In this document: positions 52,565 to 62,344 of the stretch, piece by piece
How the letters are laid out: each line of letters opens with the position of its first letter
Position numbering within the stretch: the first letter of the stretch is position 1
Assembly: GCA_945889645.1 (NCBI GenBank)
Contig: CAMDCA010000005.1
Location: 7,728-71,727 of the forward strand
Length of the DNA stretch: 64,000 nt
DNA from: Rhizobium sp. Q54
GTDB taxonomy: Bacteria; Pseudomonadota; Alphaproteobacteria; UBA2966; CAIVPW01
Direction: 5' to 3'
Translations under genes and position numbers: made by a program
Notes under the pieces: model-generated
The model's database searches: none
Told to the model about the DNA's origin: nothing
What the model saw: the letters and a program-made list of their open reading frames with translations, nothing else

Positions 52565-53602
52565 TTAGCCGATGAGGCGGCCGACGACCTTTGCCGTGTA
52601 GTCCACCATCGGGATGATGCGGGCGTAGTTCAATCGTGCCGGGCCGATTACCCCGATCGCGCCGACGATGTGGTCGGGCGAGTCGCCGTACGGCGCGACG
52701 ACCAGCGAGCATCCCGCCATGTCGAACAGCTTGTTCTCGGCGCCAATGTAGATGCGCACACCTTCGGCGCCATCGGCCAGTTCCAGCAGGCGCAGCACGT
52801 CCTCTTCCGAATCGAGCGTTTCGAACAGGCGCCGGACGCGCTCTAGATCGGCGATGGCGGTCACGTCATCGAGCAGGTGCCCCTGGCCGCGCACGATCAG
52901 CGCCCGTGGGCCGGTGCCGCCGCCCCAGGTCGCAAGCCCCGCCTCGACCACGCGCGCGGTGAGGTCGTCGAGCTCGGCGCGGCGCTCGTCGATCTCCTTG
53001 CGGATCTGGTCGCGGGCCTCGCCGAACGTGCGGCCGCTCAGGCGCGACTCGAGATAGTTGGACGCCTCGACCAGCGTCGATGGCCGCATGTCGCGCGGAA
53101 TCTCGGCGATGCGGTTTTCCACCAGGCCGCCCTCGGTGACGAGGACGATCAGGGCACGACCGGGCGCCAGGCTAACGAACTCAATATGCTTGATGCGCGA
53201 GTCGCGCTTGTTCGGCGCCACCACGACGCCGGCGCAGCGCGACAGGCCCGACAGCATCTCCGATGCGTCGCGCAAGACGTCGCCCATGCTGCGGCCATCG
53301 GCGTTGCAGCGCGCCTCGATGGCAGCGCGCTCGTCGCTGCTGAGGGAGCCAAGCTCAAGCAACCCATCGACGAAAAAGCGCAACCCGGCTTCGGTCGGCA
53401 GGCGGCCGGCCGAGGTATGCGGGGCGTACAGAAGTCCTGCGCCTTCCAGCTCCGCCATGACGCTGCGGATCGAGGCAGGCGACAGGCGGATGTTCAATCG
53501 GCGCGCCAACGTATGGGAGCCGATCGGCTCGCCGGTCTCGACGTAGGCGTCGACGATGCGCCGGAAAATCTCGCGGCTGCGCTCGCTTAGCTCATGAATC
53601 AT
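52565..53602 (-). CDS. hrcA: Heat-inducible transcription repressor HrcA
   Basis: N-terminal wHTH (RSREIFRRIVDAYVETGEPIGS). Conserved hrcA-grpE order. Confidence 0.9.
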   Translation of the reverse strand: MIHELSERSREIFRRIVDAYVETGEPIGSHTLARRLNIRLSPASIRSVMAELEGAGLLYAPHTSAGRLPTEAGLRFFVDGLLELGSLSSDERAAIEARCNADGRSMGDVLRDASEMLSGLSRCAGVVVAPNKRDSRIKHIEFVSLAPGRALIVLVTEGGLVENRIAEIPRDMRPSTLVEASNYLESRLSGRTFGEARDQIRKEIDERRAELDDLTARVVEAGLATWGGGTGPRALIVRGQGHLLDDVTAIADLERVRRLFETLDSEEDVLRLLELADGAEGVRIYIGAENKLFDMAGCSLVVAPYGDSPDHIVGAIGVIGPARLNYARIIPMVDYTAKVVGRLIG

Positions 53603-53769
53603 GAGGCAAAAATGTAGGTAGGCCGCCGCCCCACGTCAACGCGACCGCGGCCGTCGAGGCCGTGTAAGGGCTTTGTGGCTGGACGGTTCGGCGCCTCGGC
53701 GTGCTAAGACAGCCCGCGTTCCTGCCGTTTGTTCGCCTTCCCGCGCTGCCGAAAATAAAAGGAGTCCTG

Positions 53770-54486
53770 ATGCGCCCGTCCGGCCGCCTGCCGAACCAAA
53801 TGCGAGCGGTTTCTCTTGAACCGGGCGTTTCCAAGTACGCGGAGGGCTCGTGCATGGCCCGTTTCGGCGACACGCACGTGCTGTGCACGGCCACCGTTGA
53901 GGAAAAAGTGCCGCCGTTCCTGCGCAACACCGGGCGCGGGTGGATCACCGCCGAATACGGCATGCTGCCGCGCTCGACCGGCGAGCGCACCGAGCGCGAG
54001 GCCAGCAAGGGCAAGCAGAGCGGACGCACCCAGGAAATCCAGCGTCTGATTGGCCGATCCCTGCGCGCCGTGACCGACCTCGCCGCGCTGGGCGAGCGCC
54101 AGGTGCGCATCGACTGCGACGTCATCCAGGCCGACGGCGGCACGCGGACCGCCGCGATCACCGGCGCATTCGTGGCGCTGTCCGTGGCGTTCAAGGGTCT
54201 AGTGAAAGCGCATTCGATCCGCGCCATCCCGCTCGCCAGCAGCGTCGCGGCCATCTCCTGCGGCATCACGGCCGAGGGCCCGGTGCTCGATCTCGACTAT
54301 GCCGAAGACGTGAAGGCCCATGCCGACGCCAATTTCGTCATGACGGCCGACGGCAAGCTCGTCGAAGTCCAGGGCACCGCCGAGGCGGCGCCGTTCTCGC
54401 GCGACGAGTTCACCCGCCTGCTCGACCTTGCGCAGGAAGGGATCGCCGAGTTGGTGCTGCTGCAGAACCGTGCGCTCGCCCTCTAA
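53770..54486 (+). CDS. rph: Ribonuclease PH
   Basis: Start MRPSGR after a strong SD (AAAAGGAG). RNase PH signatures ([13 protein letters not shown]). Confidence 0.9.
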   Translation: MRPSGRLPNQMRAVSLEPGVSKYAEGSCMARFGDTHVLCTATVEEKVPPFLRNTGRGWITAEYGMLPRSTGERTEREASKGKQSGRTQEIQRLIGRSLRAVTDLAALGERQVRIDCDVIQADGGTRTAAITGAFVALSVAFKGLVKAHSIRAIPLASSVAAISCGITAEGPVLDLDYAEDVKAHADANFVMTADGKLVEVQGTAEAAPFSRDEFTRLLDLAQEGIAELVLLQNRALAL

Positions 54487-54511
54487 GCATCGCCGCCTGA
54501 CCGGGACCGAA

Positions 54512-55093
54512 TTGGTCCTGGCCACCCACAACGCCGGCAAGGTGCGCGAGATCCGGGAGCTTCTGGCGCCGTACCACCTGACCGTGACTGCGGCCGGCGA
54601 TCTTGGCCTGCCGGAGCCGGACGAGACCGGCACGACGTTTATTGCCAATGCCGAATTGAAGGCACGCGCGGCGGCAACCGCCAGCGGCCTGCCGGCCCTC
54701 GCCGACGACTCCGGTCTGGTCGTGGATGCCTTGGGCGGTGCGCCGGGCATCTATTCGGCGCGCTGGGCCGGTCCCGCCAAGGACTTTGACGCCGCCATGG
54801 CGCGCGTGCAGCGCGAACTAGCAGCCGGAGGGATCGGGGCGCGGACCGCGCACTTCACCGCCGCCCTTGCCTTGGCGTGGCCCGACGGCCATGTCGAGAC
54901 GTTCGAAGGCTACGTGCGCGGTACCGTGGTTTGGCCGCCGCGCGGGACCCGCGGCTTCGGCTACGATCCGATGTTCGTGCCAAAGGGCCAGGCCCAGTCG
55001 TTCGGTGAGCTCGATCCCGCGTTCAAGCATGCCATCAGTCACCGCGCCGATGCCTTTCGCCAGCTCGTCGCAGCCTGTCTTGCGCGCGAGTGA
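54512..55093 (+). CDS. rdgB: dITP/XTP pyrophosphatase (Ham1/RdgB)
   Basis: [15 protein letters not shown]-terminal motif and FGYDPMF signature. The start codon is uncertain: the only candidate near the N-terminus is a TTG at about 54512. Confidence 0.8.
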   Translation: MVLATHNAGKVREIRELLAPYHLTVTAAGDLGLPEPDETGTTFIANAELKARAAATASGLPALADDSGLVVDALGGAPGIYSARWAGPAKDFDAAMARVQRELAAGGIGARTAHFTAALALAWPDGHVETFEGYVRGTVVWPPRGTRGFGYDPMFVPKGQAQSFGELDPAFKHAISHRADAFRQLVAACLARE

Positions 55094-55118
55094 CGCGCGC
55101 GCTGGGCACGCCTCCGGC

Positions 55119-56294
55119 GTGACGCCTCGGCCTGCTCCGAGTCGCGATCCTGGATTCGGGATCTACGTGCACTGGCCGTTCTGTCTGTCGAAGTGCCCAT
55201 ACTGCGACTTCAACAGTCACGTGCGCGGCAGCATCGACCACGATCGGTGGCGCGCCGCGTACAAGCGCGAGATCGCGTCGGCGGCAGCGCGCACCGGCAA
55301 ACCGACGGTCACCAGCATTTTCTTCGGCGGCGGCACGCCATCCCTGATGGAATCCGCGACGGTGGCGACGGTGCTCGATGGCATCGCGGCGTCGTTCACG
55401 CTGGCGCCCGATGTCGAGATTACGCTCGAAGCCAATCCGACTTCGGCAGAGTCGGTGCGCTTCCGCGACTATCGCGCCGCCGGCGTGAACCGCTTGTCGC
55501 TCGGTATGCAGGCGCTCGACGACGCCTCGCTGAAGTTCCTGGGCCGCGAGCACTCGACAGCGCAGGCGCGCGCGGCACTCGCTGCCGGGTCCGCCGTGTT
55601 TGATCGCACGTCGTTCGACTTGATCTACGCGCGGCCGGGACAAAGCGTCGCCGATTGGCGCCGCGAACTCACCGAAGCGCTCGGATTCGGCACCGATCAC
55701 TTGTCGGTCTACCAATTGACCATCGAGGAAGGCACGCGCTTCTACGACAAGGCGTTGGCGGGCGATCTGGTCGTGCCCGACGAAGATGTACAGGCAGACC
55801 TTTACGACATTACGCAGGAGCTGTGTGACGCGGCGGGGCTACCGGCCTACGAGATTTCCAACCACGCGCGCGCCGGCAGCGAGTGCCGCCACAACCTGAC
55901 GTACTGGCGATCCGGCGATTGGGTCGGCATCGGACCCGGTGCGCACGGGCGCCTGACGCAAGCCGGCGGCCGTGTCGCGACCCGCGCCATTCGCAGTCCA
56001 GAGGGCTGGCTCTCTGCTGTAGAGACGGCGGGCTCGGGTGCCGAACCGGACGAGGCGCTCGATTCGGATGCCGCGCTGCGCGAGCGCGTGCTGATGGGCC
56101 TGCGCCTGAGCGAAGGACTGGATGCGACGGCGTTTCAATGCGCCGTCGGATTTCCGGTGCAGCAGGTGTTCGGGCCCGCGCTCGATGGCTTGGTCGCGGA
56201 TGGGTTTGTCATCTGGGACGGAGATACAGTGCGCGCCACCGAGCGCGGCCGTCTGGTCCTCAACCGGGTGATCGCGACGCTGCTCGGCGACTAG
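55119..56294 (+). CDS. hemW: Radical SAM heme chaperone HemW (HemN-like)
   Basis: CxxxCxxC radical SAM motif (CLSKCPYCDFNS). GTG start at about 55119. Conserved rdgB-hemW adjacency. Confidence 0.85.
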   Translation: MTPRPAPSRDPGFGIYVHWPFCLSKCPYCDFNSHVRGSIDHDRWRAAYKREIASAAARTGKPTVTSIFFGGGTPSLMESATVATVLDGIAASFTLAPDVEITLEANPTSAESVRFRDYRAAGVNRLSLGMQALDDASLKFLGREHSTAQARAALAAGSAVFDRTSFDLIYARPGQSVADWRRELTEALGFGTDHLSVYQLTIEEGTRFYDKALAGDLVVPDEDVQADLYDITQELCDAAGLPAYEISNHARAGSECRHNLTYWRSGDWVGIGPGAHGRLTQAGGRVATRAIRSPEGWLSAVETAGSGAEPDEALDSDAALRERVLMGLRLSEGLDATAFQCAVGFPVQQVFGPALDGLVADGFVIWDGDTVRATERGRLVLNRVIATLLGD

Positions 56295-57691
56295 TTGGTG
56301 ACCGGCAGGAATGTTTGCGCGGCGGCGTCGATGACGCGCGGTCCGCGCGCCGTCACCTCCAGCACCGCCAGTCCGCGCTCTGCAACCCCGCTCGGCAGGA
56401 AGCGGAAGATGCCGTCGGTGCCGGCGAACCCGCTCGGCGACATCAGCGCGTTGCGGCTGAAGTCGGCGGCCCCTTCATTGCGCGCCAGCGCCGACGCCAG
56501 CGCGACGGCGTCGTACGCTTGGGTGGCGATGCGCGCGGCACGGTAGCCGTACAGCGCGGTGAAGCGTTCCATGAACGCGGCGGTGTTATCCGGAGGAGCC
56601 GCTGCGTACCAGCCGCCGACCAGGGATGGTTCTTGGCCCGACGTCGGGTCGTCCCACAGGCCGGTGCCAAGGAAGCGCACTTGGCGCGGATCAATGTCGA
56701 AGAACGGCAGCAGCGGCGCGATCTGGCGCAGCGCGGCGCCACCTTCGGCAATCAACAGGGCGTCGTAACCGGGCCCGCCCAGGGTATCGAGGCCGGCAAG
56801 CTGATTGAGCTGCCCACGCGCCTCGGCGTCGCCCTGGGCCTCCAGCACGCGGCGGCGTGCAAGCAGACGGTCGCGGCGCGCCTGATAGCGCGCCAGGCCG
56901 CGCACTTGCTCCATCACGTCTTGCGCCGTCGGCGGATAGAACGCGACGTCGGTCAGTTCGCCGCCGAGCTGGGCGGCGGCAAAGCGCAACTCTTGCACCA
57001 CGGCCGTGCCGTACGGAGTCTCGGGCGCCAGGGCGGCGAAGCGCTTCAGGCCGCGCGATGCGGCGAACGCGGCGATGCGGTCCACTTGCTGTTGCGGCAC
57101 GAAGCCCAACAGGAAGACTCCGTCGCCCGCCACCTGGATGTCGGTCGAAAACGCGACGATGGTGACGTTGCGGGCCCGAGCCAGCGGCGCGACGACTGCG
57201 ACCTCGGCGCTGAACAGGGGCCCCAGGATCAACTCGGCGCCTTCCTGCAGCACGCCCGCCGCTGCGACGCGCGCGCCCTCTGGGGTGCCCTGGGTATCGC
57301 GCGGCATCAGCGTGACGCGGGCGTTGCCCGCCTCGTGCAGCGCCATCAGGGCGGCGTCGAGCATTGCCTGGCCGGTTGCCTGCTCGGGGCCGCTGAGCGG
57401 TAATAGAAGTGCGACGCGAATACTCGCGGTGGCCGGGCGAACCAGTTGGGGCGGCGGGGGAGTCAGGCGCGGGGCCTCGACCACGGCCGGTGGGGTGGGT
57501 ACGACCGGCACAGTCTGACCCGGCGTCTGCCGTTGCGGCGCGGCCGGCCGCGGCGGCGTGATCTCGACCAGCGGCGCTGGTGCGGTCGTGGCGATCCCGC
57601 CTAGTCTAGGAACCGAACAGGCGGCTAGGCCGCACAGGACGAGCGCCGCGGCCAAGCCCGCGACCATTCGTACGGCCGAGCGGCGACTCAT
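56291..57691 (-). CDS. LpoA/LppC-like periplasmic lipoprotein (penicillin-binding-protein activator family, type-I periplasmic-binding fold)
   Basis: Signal peptide plus lipobox (LAACS), a Pro-rich linker, then a Leu/Ile/Val-binding-protein-like fold. Divergent from rsmI, as E. coli lpoA is from rsmI. Confidence 0.65.
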   Translation of the reverse strand: MSRRSAVRMVAGLAAALVLCGLAACSVPRLGGIATTAPAPLVEITPPRPAAPQRQTPGQTVPVVPTPPAVVEAPRLTPPPPQLVRPATASIRVALLLPLSGPEQATGQAMLDAALMALHEAGNARVTLMPRDTQGTPEGARVAAAGVLQEGAELILGPLFSAEVAVVAPLARARNVTIVAFSTDIQVAGDGVFLLGFVPQQQVDRIAAFAASRGLKRFAALAPETPYGTAVVQELRFAAAQLGGELTDVAFYPPTAQDVMEQVRGLARYQARRDRLLARRRVLEAQGDAEARGQLNQLAGLDTLGGPGYDALLIAEGGAALRQIAPLLPFFDIDPRQVRFLGTGLWDDPTSGQEPSLVGGWYAAAPPDNTAAFMERFTALYGYRAARIATQAYDAVALASALARNEGAADFSRNALMSPSGFAGTDGIFRFLPSGVAERGLAVLEVTARGPRVIDAAAQTFLPVTN

Positions 57692-57705
57692 TCCCATCGG
57701 CCCCA

Positions 57706-58611
57706 ATGACATCCTCTGTTGATCCCGAAGACGAAGCTAGCGATGCGCCGGTGCCGCCGCAACCGGACGACGGCGAGGCGCTCGCCCCGGCTCTTTATAT
57801 CGTCGCCACGCCGATCGGTAATCTGCAGGACATCACGCTGCGCGCGCTCGACATGCTTCGGCGCGTTGACCTGATCGCCTGTGAGGACACCCGCGTCACG
57901 GCCAAGCTGCTCACGCGCCACGGCATTCATGCGCCGACGACGCCGTACCACGACGCCAATGCCGAGCGCGCCCGGCCGGCGCTGCTACGGCGCCTGCAAG
58001 GCGGGGCTGCCATCGCCCTGGTGTCCGACGCCGGAACGCCGCTGGTCTCCGATCCGGGCTTCAAGCTGGTGCGCGAGGCGATTGCCGCCGGGATTCGGGT
58101 CGTGCCCATTCCGGGAGCTTCCGCGGTTCTGACCGCCTTAATGGTTGCCGGGTTGCCGACCGACCGGTTCCTGTTTGTCGGCTTCCTTCCCTCCAGGCAG
58201 GGGCAACGCCTGCGTGCGCTGGAGGAGATGCGCGACGTTCGCGCCACCCTGGTGGTGCTCGAGGCACAGCAGCGCCTGGCCGAGAGTCTCGCCGACATGC
58301 AAACGGTCTTCGGGCCGCGCGAGGCGGTGATCGCCCGCGAACTGACGAAGCATTTCGAGGAGACGGTGCGCGGCAAGTTGGGCGAACTTGCGGCGCGCTA
58401 TGAATCGGCGCCGCCCAAGGGCGAGATCGTCATCGTCATCGCGCCGCCCGCCGAGGCCGACCGGATCGCCGACGACGCCGAGGTCGATGTGCTTCTGAAG
58501 GATGCCCTGCAAGCCCACTCGCCATCGGACGCGGCGGCAGATGTCGCCCGCCGCACCGGGCGGACGCGCCGCGAGGTCTACGCGCGGGCGCTCGCTCTGC
58601 GCCAGAAGTGA
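57706..58611 (+). CDS. rsmI: 16S rRNA 2'-O-methyltransferase RsmI
   Basis: LYIVATPIGNLQDITLRAL...DLIACEDTR tetrapyrrole-methylase-fold signature. Confidence 0.85.
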   Translation: MTSSVDPEDEASDAPVPPQPDDGEALAPALYIVATPIGNLQDITLRALDMLRRVDLIACEDTRVTAKLLTRHGIHAPTTPYHDANAERARPALLRRLQGGAAIALVSDAGTPLVSDPGFKLVREAIAAGIRVVPIPGASAVLTALMVAGLPTDRFLFVGFLPSRQGQRLRALEEMRDVRATLVVLEAQQRLAESLADMQTVFGPREAVIARELTKHFEETVRGKLGELAARYESAPPKGEIVIVIAPPAEADRIADDAEVDVLLKDALQAHSPSDAAADVARRTGRTRREVYARALALRQK

Positions 58612-58976
58612 GCCGGCTGGGCCGTCGCGCGGCCGAGCGCGGCGGGCGCATCGCCGAGACCAAGTGCGCCGTGTGGCTGATGCTGCATGGCTGGCGCATT
58701 GTCGCGCGCCGCTCGAAGCATCCGGTCGGCGAGGTCGACCTGGTGGCACGCCGCGGCCGCGTACTCGCCTTCATCGAGGTCAAGGCGCGGGGCAGCGTAA
58801 GCGCCGCGGCAGAGTCGATCTTGCCGCGCCAGCAGGAGCGCATCGCGCGTGCCGCCGCGGCGTTCCTGCAGACTCGCCCGCACCTGGCCGCCCTCGACCC
58901 GCGCTTCGATGTTATGCTCGTCGCACCGCGGCGCCTGCCGGTTCATATTCCGAACGCCTGGCATATACTGCGTTGA
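58608..58976 (+). CDS. yraN: YraN/UPF0102-family endonuclease-like protein
   Basis: GTG overlaps the rsmI stop. Conserved GE.DLV motif (HPVGEVDLVARRG...FIEVKAR). Confidence 0.75.
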   Translation: MSRLGRRAAERGGRIAETKCAVWLMLHGWRIVARRSKHPVGEVDLVARRGRVLAFIEVKARGSVSAAAESILPRQQERIARAAAAFLQTRPHLAALDPRFDVMLVAPRRLPVHIPNAWHILR

Positions 58977-59022
58977 GGTTGCGCGGTTTCCGCGCCCGTT
59001 CGCAACGAGGCGGTCCCATCGC

Positions 59023-59622
59023 ATGATTCAAACCCTAACCATCCGCGGCCTCGCCGCGATCACTTTGTGCGGCCTGCTGGTATCGACGGGCTGCGCGCCC
59101 CTCATCATCGGCGGCGCCGCGACGGCCGGTTTGGCCGTGGCGCAAGAGCGCACGATTGGCGATGCGATCGACGACACCGTCATCCAGGCGCGCGTCAAGG
59201 ACAAGCTCCTACAGGCATCGAGCAATTTGTTCCTGCGGGTCAGCACCGAGGTCCTCGAAGGCCGCGTGCTGCTCACCGGCAGCGTCCCCACCGCGCAGGA
59301 TCGCGTCGAGGCAGTGCGCCTGACGTGGACGGTTTCCGGCGTACGCGAAGTCCTGAACGAACTGCAGGTGACGGAGCGTGGCGGCCTCGCCGACACACTG
59401 GCCGACGCGCGCATCACCACCACGCTACGTTTCCAAATCATGGGCGATCGCAGCGTGAGCGACATCAACTACTCGATCGATACGGTCAACGGCATTGTCT
59501 ACCTGATCGGCATCGCCCAGACCCAGGCGGAACTTGACCGGGTGCTGGGCTACGCACGCAACATCAGTGGCGTGAAACAGGTCGTCAGCCACGTCGTGCT
59601 GCGCAACGATCCGCGCCGCTAG
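59023..59622 (+). CDS. BON-domain lipoprotein (OsmY/DolP-like)
   Basis: Lipobox LVSTGCAP followed by two BON domains. Occupies the position of yraP/dolP after yraN. Confidence 0.7.
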   Translation: MIQTLTIRGLAAITLCGLLVSTGCAPLIIGGAATAGLAVAQERTIGDAIDDTVIQARVKDKLLQASSNLFLRVSTEVLEGRVLLTGSVPTAQDRVEAVRLTWTVSGVREVLNELQVTERGGLADTLADARITTTLRFQIMGDRSVSDINYSIDTVNGIVYLIGIAQTQAELDRVLGYARNISGVKQVVSHVVLRNDPRR

Positions 59623-59631
59623 GCGTTTCCC

Positions 59632-60588
59632 ATGCCACTGCGTGTCGCCATCCAAATGGACCCGATTGAGTCCATCGACATCGGGGCCGACTCGACGTTC
59701 GTGCTCGGTCTGGAGGCGCAGGCGCGCGGCCACAGCCTGCTGCACTACCACCCGCGCAGCCTCGTGCTGTCCGAACGCAAGGTATCGGCGCGCGCGCGTC
59801 CGCTGGCCTTGCGCAACGAGCGCGGCAACCACTTCACCCTCGGTGCGCCGTCGATCGTGGACTTGAGCCACATGGACGTCGTGCTGATGCGGCAGGATCC
59901 GCCGTTCGACATGGCGTACATCACGGCGACGCACATTCTCGAGCACCTGCCGAAGAAGACGCTGGTGGTGAACGATCCGGTCAGCGTGCGCAACGCACCC
60001 GAGAAATTGTTTGTCACCCACTTCGATGGCGTCATGCCGCCGACGTTGATCACCTCCGACCGTGAACAGATCGCCGCGTTCCGTGCCACGCACCGTGACA
60101 TCATCGTCAAGCCGCTGTACGGCAACGGCGGCGCCGGCGTGTTCCACGTCACGCCGGACGACGAGAACCTCGGCGCGCTGATGGAGATGTTCACCAGCCT
60201 CTATCGCGAGCCGATCATGGTGCAGCGCTACATCCCCGAGGTGCGGGTCGGCGACAAGCGCATCATCCTGATCGACGGCGAACCGGCGGGCGCCATCCTG
60301 CGCGTCCCGAGGTCTGCCGAGGCGCGCTCCAATCTGCACGCCGGCGGCACCGCGCGCGCGACGACCCTCGACAAGCGCGAGCGCGAACTGTGCGCCATCA
60401 TCGGCCCGCGCCTGCGAGAGCTAGGTCTGGTGTTCGCCGGCATCGATGTGATCGGCGGGTTCCTGACCGAGATCAACGTCACCTCGCCCACCGGGCTGCA
60501 GGAAGTGAACCGCTTCGACGGCGTCCGCCTCGAAGCCCGCGTTTGGGATGCCATCGACCGCCGCCTGGCGGAGCGCCGCGCCGCCTAG
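59632..60588 (+). CDS. gshB: Glutathione synthetase
   Basis: ATP-grasp fold; N-terminal IAIQMDPIESI signature of GshB. Confidence 0.9.
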   Translation: MPLRVAIQMDPIESIDIGADSTFVLGLEAQARGHSLLHYHPRSLVLSERKVSARARPLALRNERGNHFTLGAPSIVDLSHMDVVLMRQDPPFDMAYITATHILEHLPKKTLVVNDPVSVRNAPEKLFVTHFDGVMPPTLITSDREQIAAFRATHRDIIVKPLYGNGGAGVFHVTPDDENLGALMEMFTSLYREPIMVQRYIPEVRVGDKRIILIDGEPAGAILRVPRSAEARSNLHAGGTARATTLDKRERELCAIIGPRLRELGLVFAGIDVIGGFLTEINVTSPTGLQEVNRFDGVRLEARVWDAIDRRLAERRAA

Positions 60589-60669
60589 GGGCGGGAAACG
60601 CCCGGCGCCACCGCTACCTGGGCGAGCAAATCGCGCGGGACAATCTCGCGTCTAGGTAGTATATTGGCC

Positions 60670-60801
60670 GTGCAGTGACCCTGCACGGACCGACCCCCAG
60701 CCCTCTGCCAGACTGGCGGTCCGTAGACCCCCAGTGCCGTGCTTCGGTGCGGCCTGAAACGCCCGCGTCCCGCTCGTCCGGCGGGGCGCGGGCATCCTTT
60801 T
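60670..60801 (+). ncRNA. Candidate small RNA with an intrinsic terminator (unclassified)
   Basis: A -10-like TAGTATATT lies at about 60657-60665. Downstream are three or four stem-loops, including a UUCG-type hairpin (GCCGUGC-UUCG-GUGCGGC), and two copies of a C-rich motif GACCCCCAG. A strong terminator (GCCCGCG...CGCGGGC + AUCCUUUU) sits at about 60761-60801. No ORF. Lies between the convergent gshB and histidine-kinase genes. Confidence 0.4.
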
Positions 60802-60970
60802 GAGGGTCCGGCGTCGGCCCTCAGTCGCGGGCGCGGTTCACCATCGGCAAATTGAACATCGGCGTGCCGAGCTTGCCCATCAACTGCGCCCACAGCAGTA
60901 GCCACGCTGCTTCGTTCGCCGGCGAGCCTCGCCAACGGCCGGCGCCCGCCAGAAGCGGGTCAAGGGACGT

Positions 60971-62344
60971 TCAGACCGCGCCGGGCAGAACGATGCGCGT
61001 GGTCAACCCGCCGCCGTCGCGGTCCTCGAACGTGATGTCGCCGCCGTGCCCGCGCGCCACTGAGCGCGCCACGGCGAGGCCCAGGCCCATGCCGCCGGTC
61101 TCGCGGCTGCGCGAACTTTCGATGCGATAGAACGGGGCGAACACGCGTTCGCGCAGTTCAGCCGGAATGCCGGGGCCGCGATCTTGAATCAGCACCAGGT
61201 GACCGTCGCCTTCGGGCGTCAGCGTCACCAGTGCCTCGCTACCGTAGCGCACCGAATTGTCGATCAGGTTGGCGAATGCGCGCCGCAGAGCCACCGGGCG
61301 GCCGTGCAGCACGGCGCGATCCGGGCCCTGGTAGCGCACGTTCTGTCCGGCATCGGCGTGATCGGCGCACAGACTCTGCAGCAGCGCGGCCAAGTCGAGA
61401 CGCGCGCGCGGCTCCTGCACGGCCTCGTCGCGCGCGAACGCCAAAGTCGACTCCAGCATCTGCTGCATTTCGTCCAGGTCGTTGACGGCCTTGGCGCGCT
61501 GCTCGTTGTCGTCGATGAACTCGGCGCGCAGCTTGAGACGGGTCAGCGCCGTGCGCAGGTCGTGCGAAATAGCCGCCATCATCATGGTGCGATCGTCGAC
61601 GTAACGGCGCAGGCGCTCCTGCATGCGATTAAAGGCGCGAATGGCCCGCCGGACCTCCGGGGAGCCATTCTCCGGCAGTGGCGGCGCATTGACGTCGGTG
61701 CCGAAGCGATCGGCCGCAAGCGCGAACTGGCCGACTGGCGCCGCAGTTCGGCGTACCAGCAGGAACGCGACCGACAGCACCAGGAACGCCAGCGCGCCCC
61801 ACAGCCAGCCGCGCACCCACGGATCGCCCTCGGCGGGCTCCGGCCGCGCGTCGAACAACAGCCAGCCGCCGGTGACGGCGACCGCGACCAAGATGCCATC
61901 GCCGTCCGGTCCGCGCGTCGGCCAGATGCGGAACGGCCGATCGGCGAGGGGCGCCAGGCGCGGAACGACCTCCGCCGTCAGTCCTTCCGGCGGCGGCGGT
62001 TGCAGCGGCGGCGGCTGCGGTCGCAGGCTGACGGTAAAGTAGCGCGTGCTGACAAGGCGCGGAACGTCGCGCCGGCGCGGAACAGGCGCCGACTCGTACG
62101 TCTCAACGACGCTGATGACGCGCTGCGAAATCGTTTCGGCCTGCAGGGCGATCCGGCCGAGCGTCCGGTCGTAAATGTAGGTGACGAGCGGAATCGAACC
62201 GAACACGGCCAGTCCGACCAGCACGATGAGCATGACGCGGCCGGCGAGGCTTTGCACCCACTCGCGCCAGCCGCCCGCGTCACGCGACGGCGCCGCCGGA
62301 GCGACCGGCTCGTGCCGCGCCGGCAACTGCGGCAGGTCGGTCAC
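60971..62344 (-). CDS. Sensor histidine kinase (two TM helices, HAMP, HisKA, HATPase_c)
   Basis: H-box AAISHDLRTAL, N-box LIDNSVRYG, and G-boxes DRGPGI / GGMGLGLAV. Confidence 0.85.
   Translation of the reverse strand: MTDLPQLPARHEPVAPAAPSRDAGGWREWVQSLAGRVMLIVLVGLAVFGSIPLVTYIYDRTLGRIALQAETISQRVISVVETYESAPVPRRRDVPRLVSTRYFTVSLRPQPPPLQPPPPEGLTAEVVPRLAPLADRPFRIWPTRGPDGDGILVAVAVTGGWLLFDARPEPAEGDPWVRGWLWGALAFLVLSVAFLLVRRTAAPVGQFALAADRFGTDVNAPPLPENGSPEVRRAIRAFNRMQERLRRYVDDRTMMMAAISHDLRTALTRLKLRAEFIDDNEQRAKAVNDLDEMQQMLESTLAFARDEAVQEPRARLDLAALLQSLCADHADAGQNVRYQGPDRAVLHGRPVALRRAFANLIDNSVRYGSEALVTLTPEGDGHLVLIQDRGPGIPAELRERVFAPFYRIESSRSRETGGMGLGLAVARSVARGHGGDITFEDRDGGGLTTRIVLPGAV

Noticed and set aside
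53603-53769. CIRCE (TTAGCACTC-N9-GAGTGCTAA) operator upstream of hrcA, rph or dnaK
   Set aside because: Only a lone GTGCTAA half-site-like heptamer near 53701 and no inverted partner. CIRCE is usually at groESL, which is not in this window.
60852-61130. 92-aa ORF overlapping the histidine kinase 3' end, and a 116-aa reverse ORF at 60585-60935
   Set aside because: No SD and low-complexity composition. They overlap the candidate sRNA terminator and the HK gene, so they are likely spurious.
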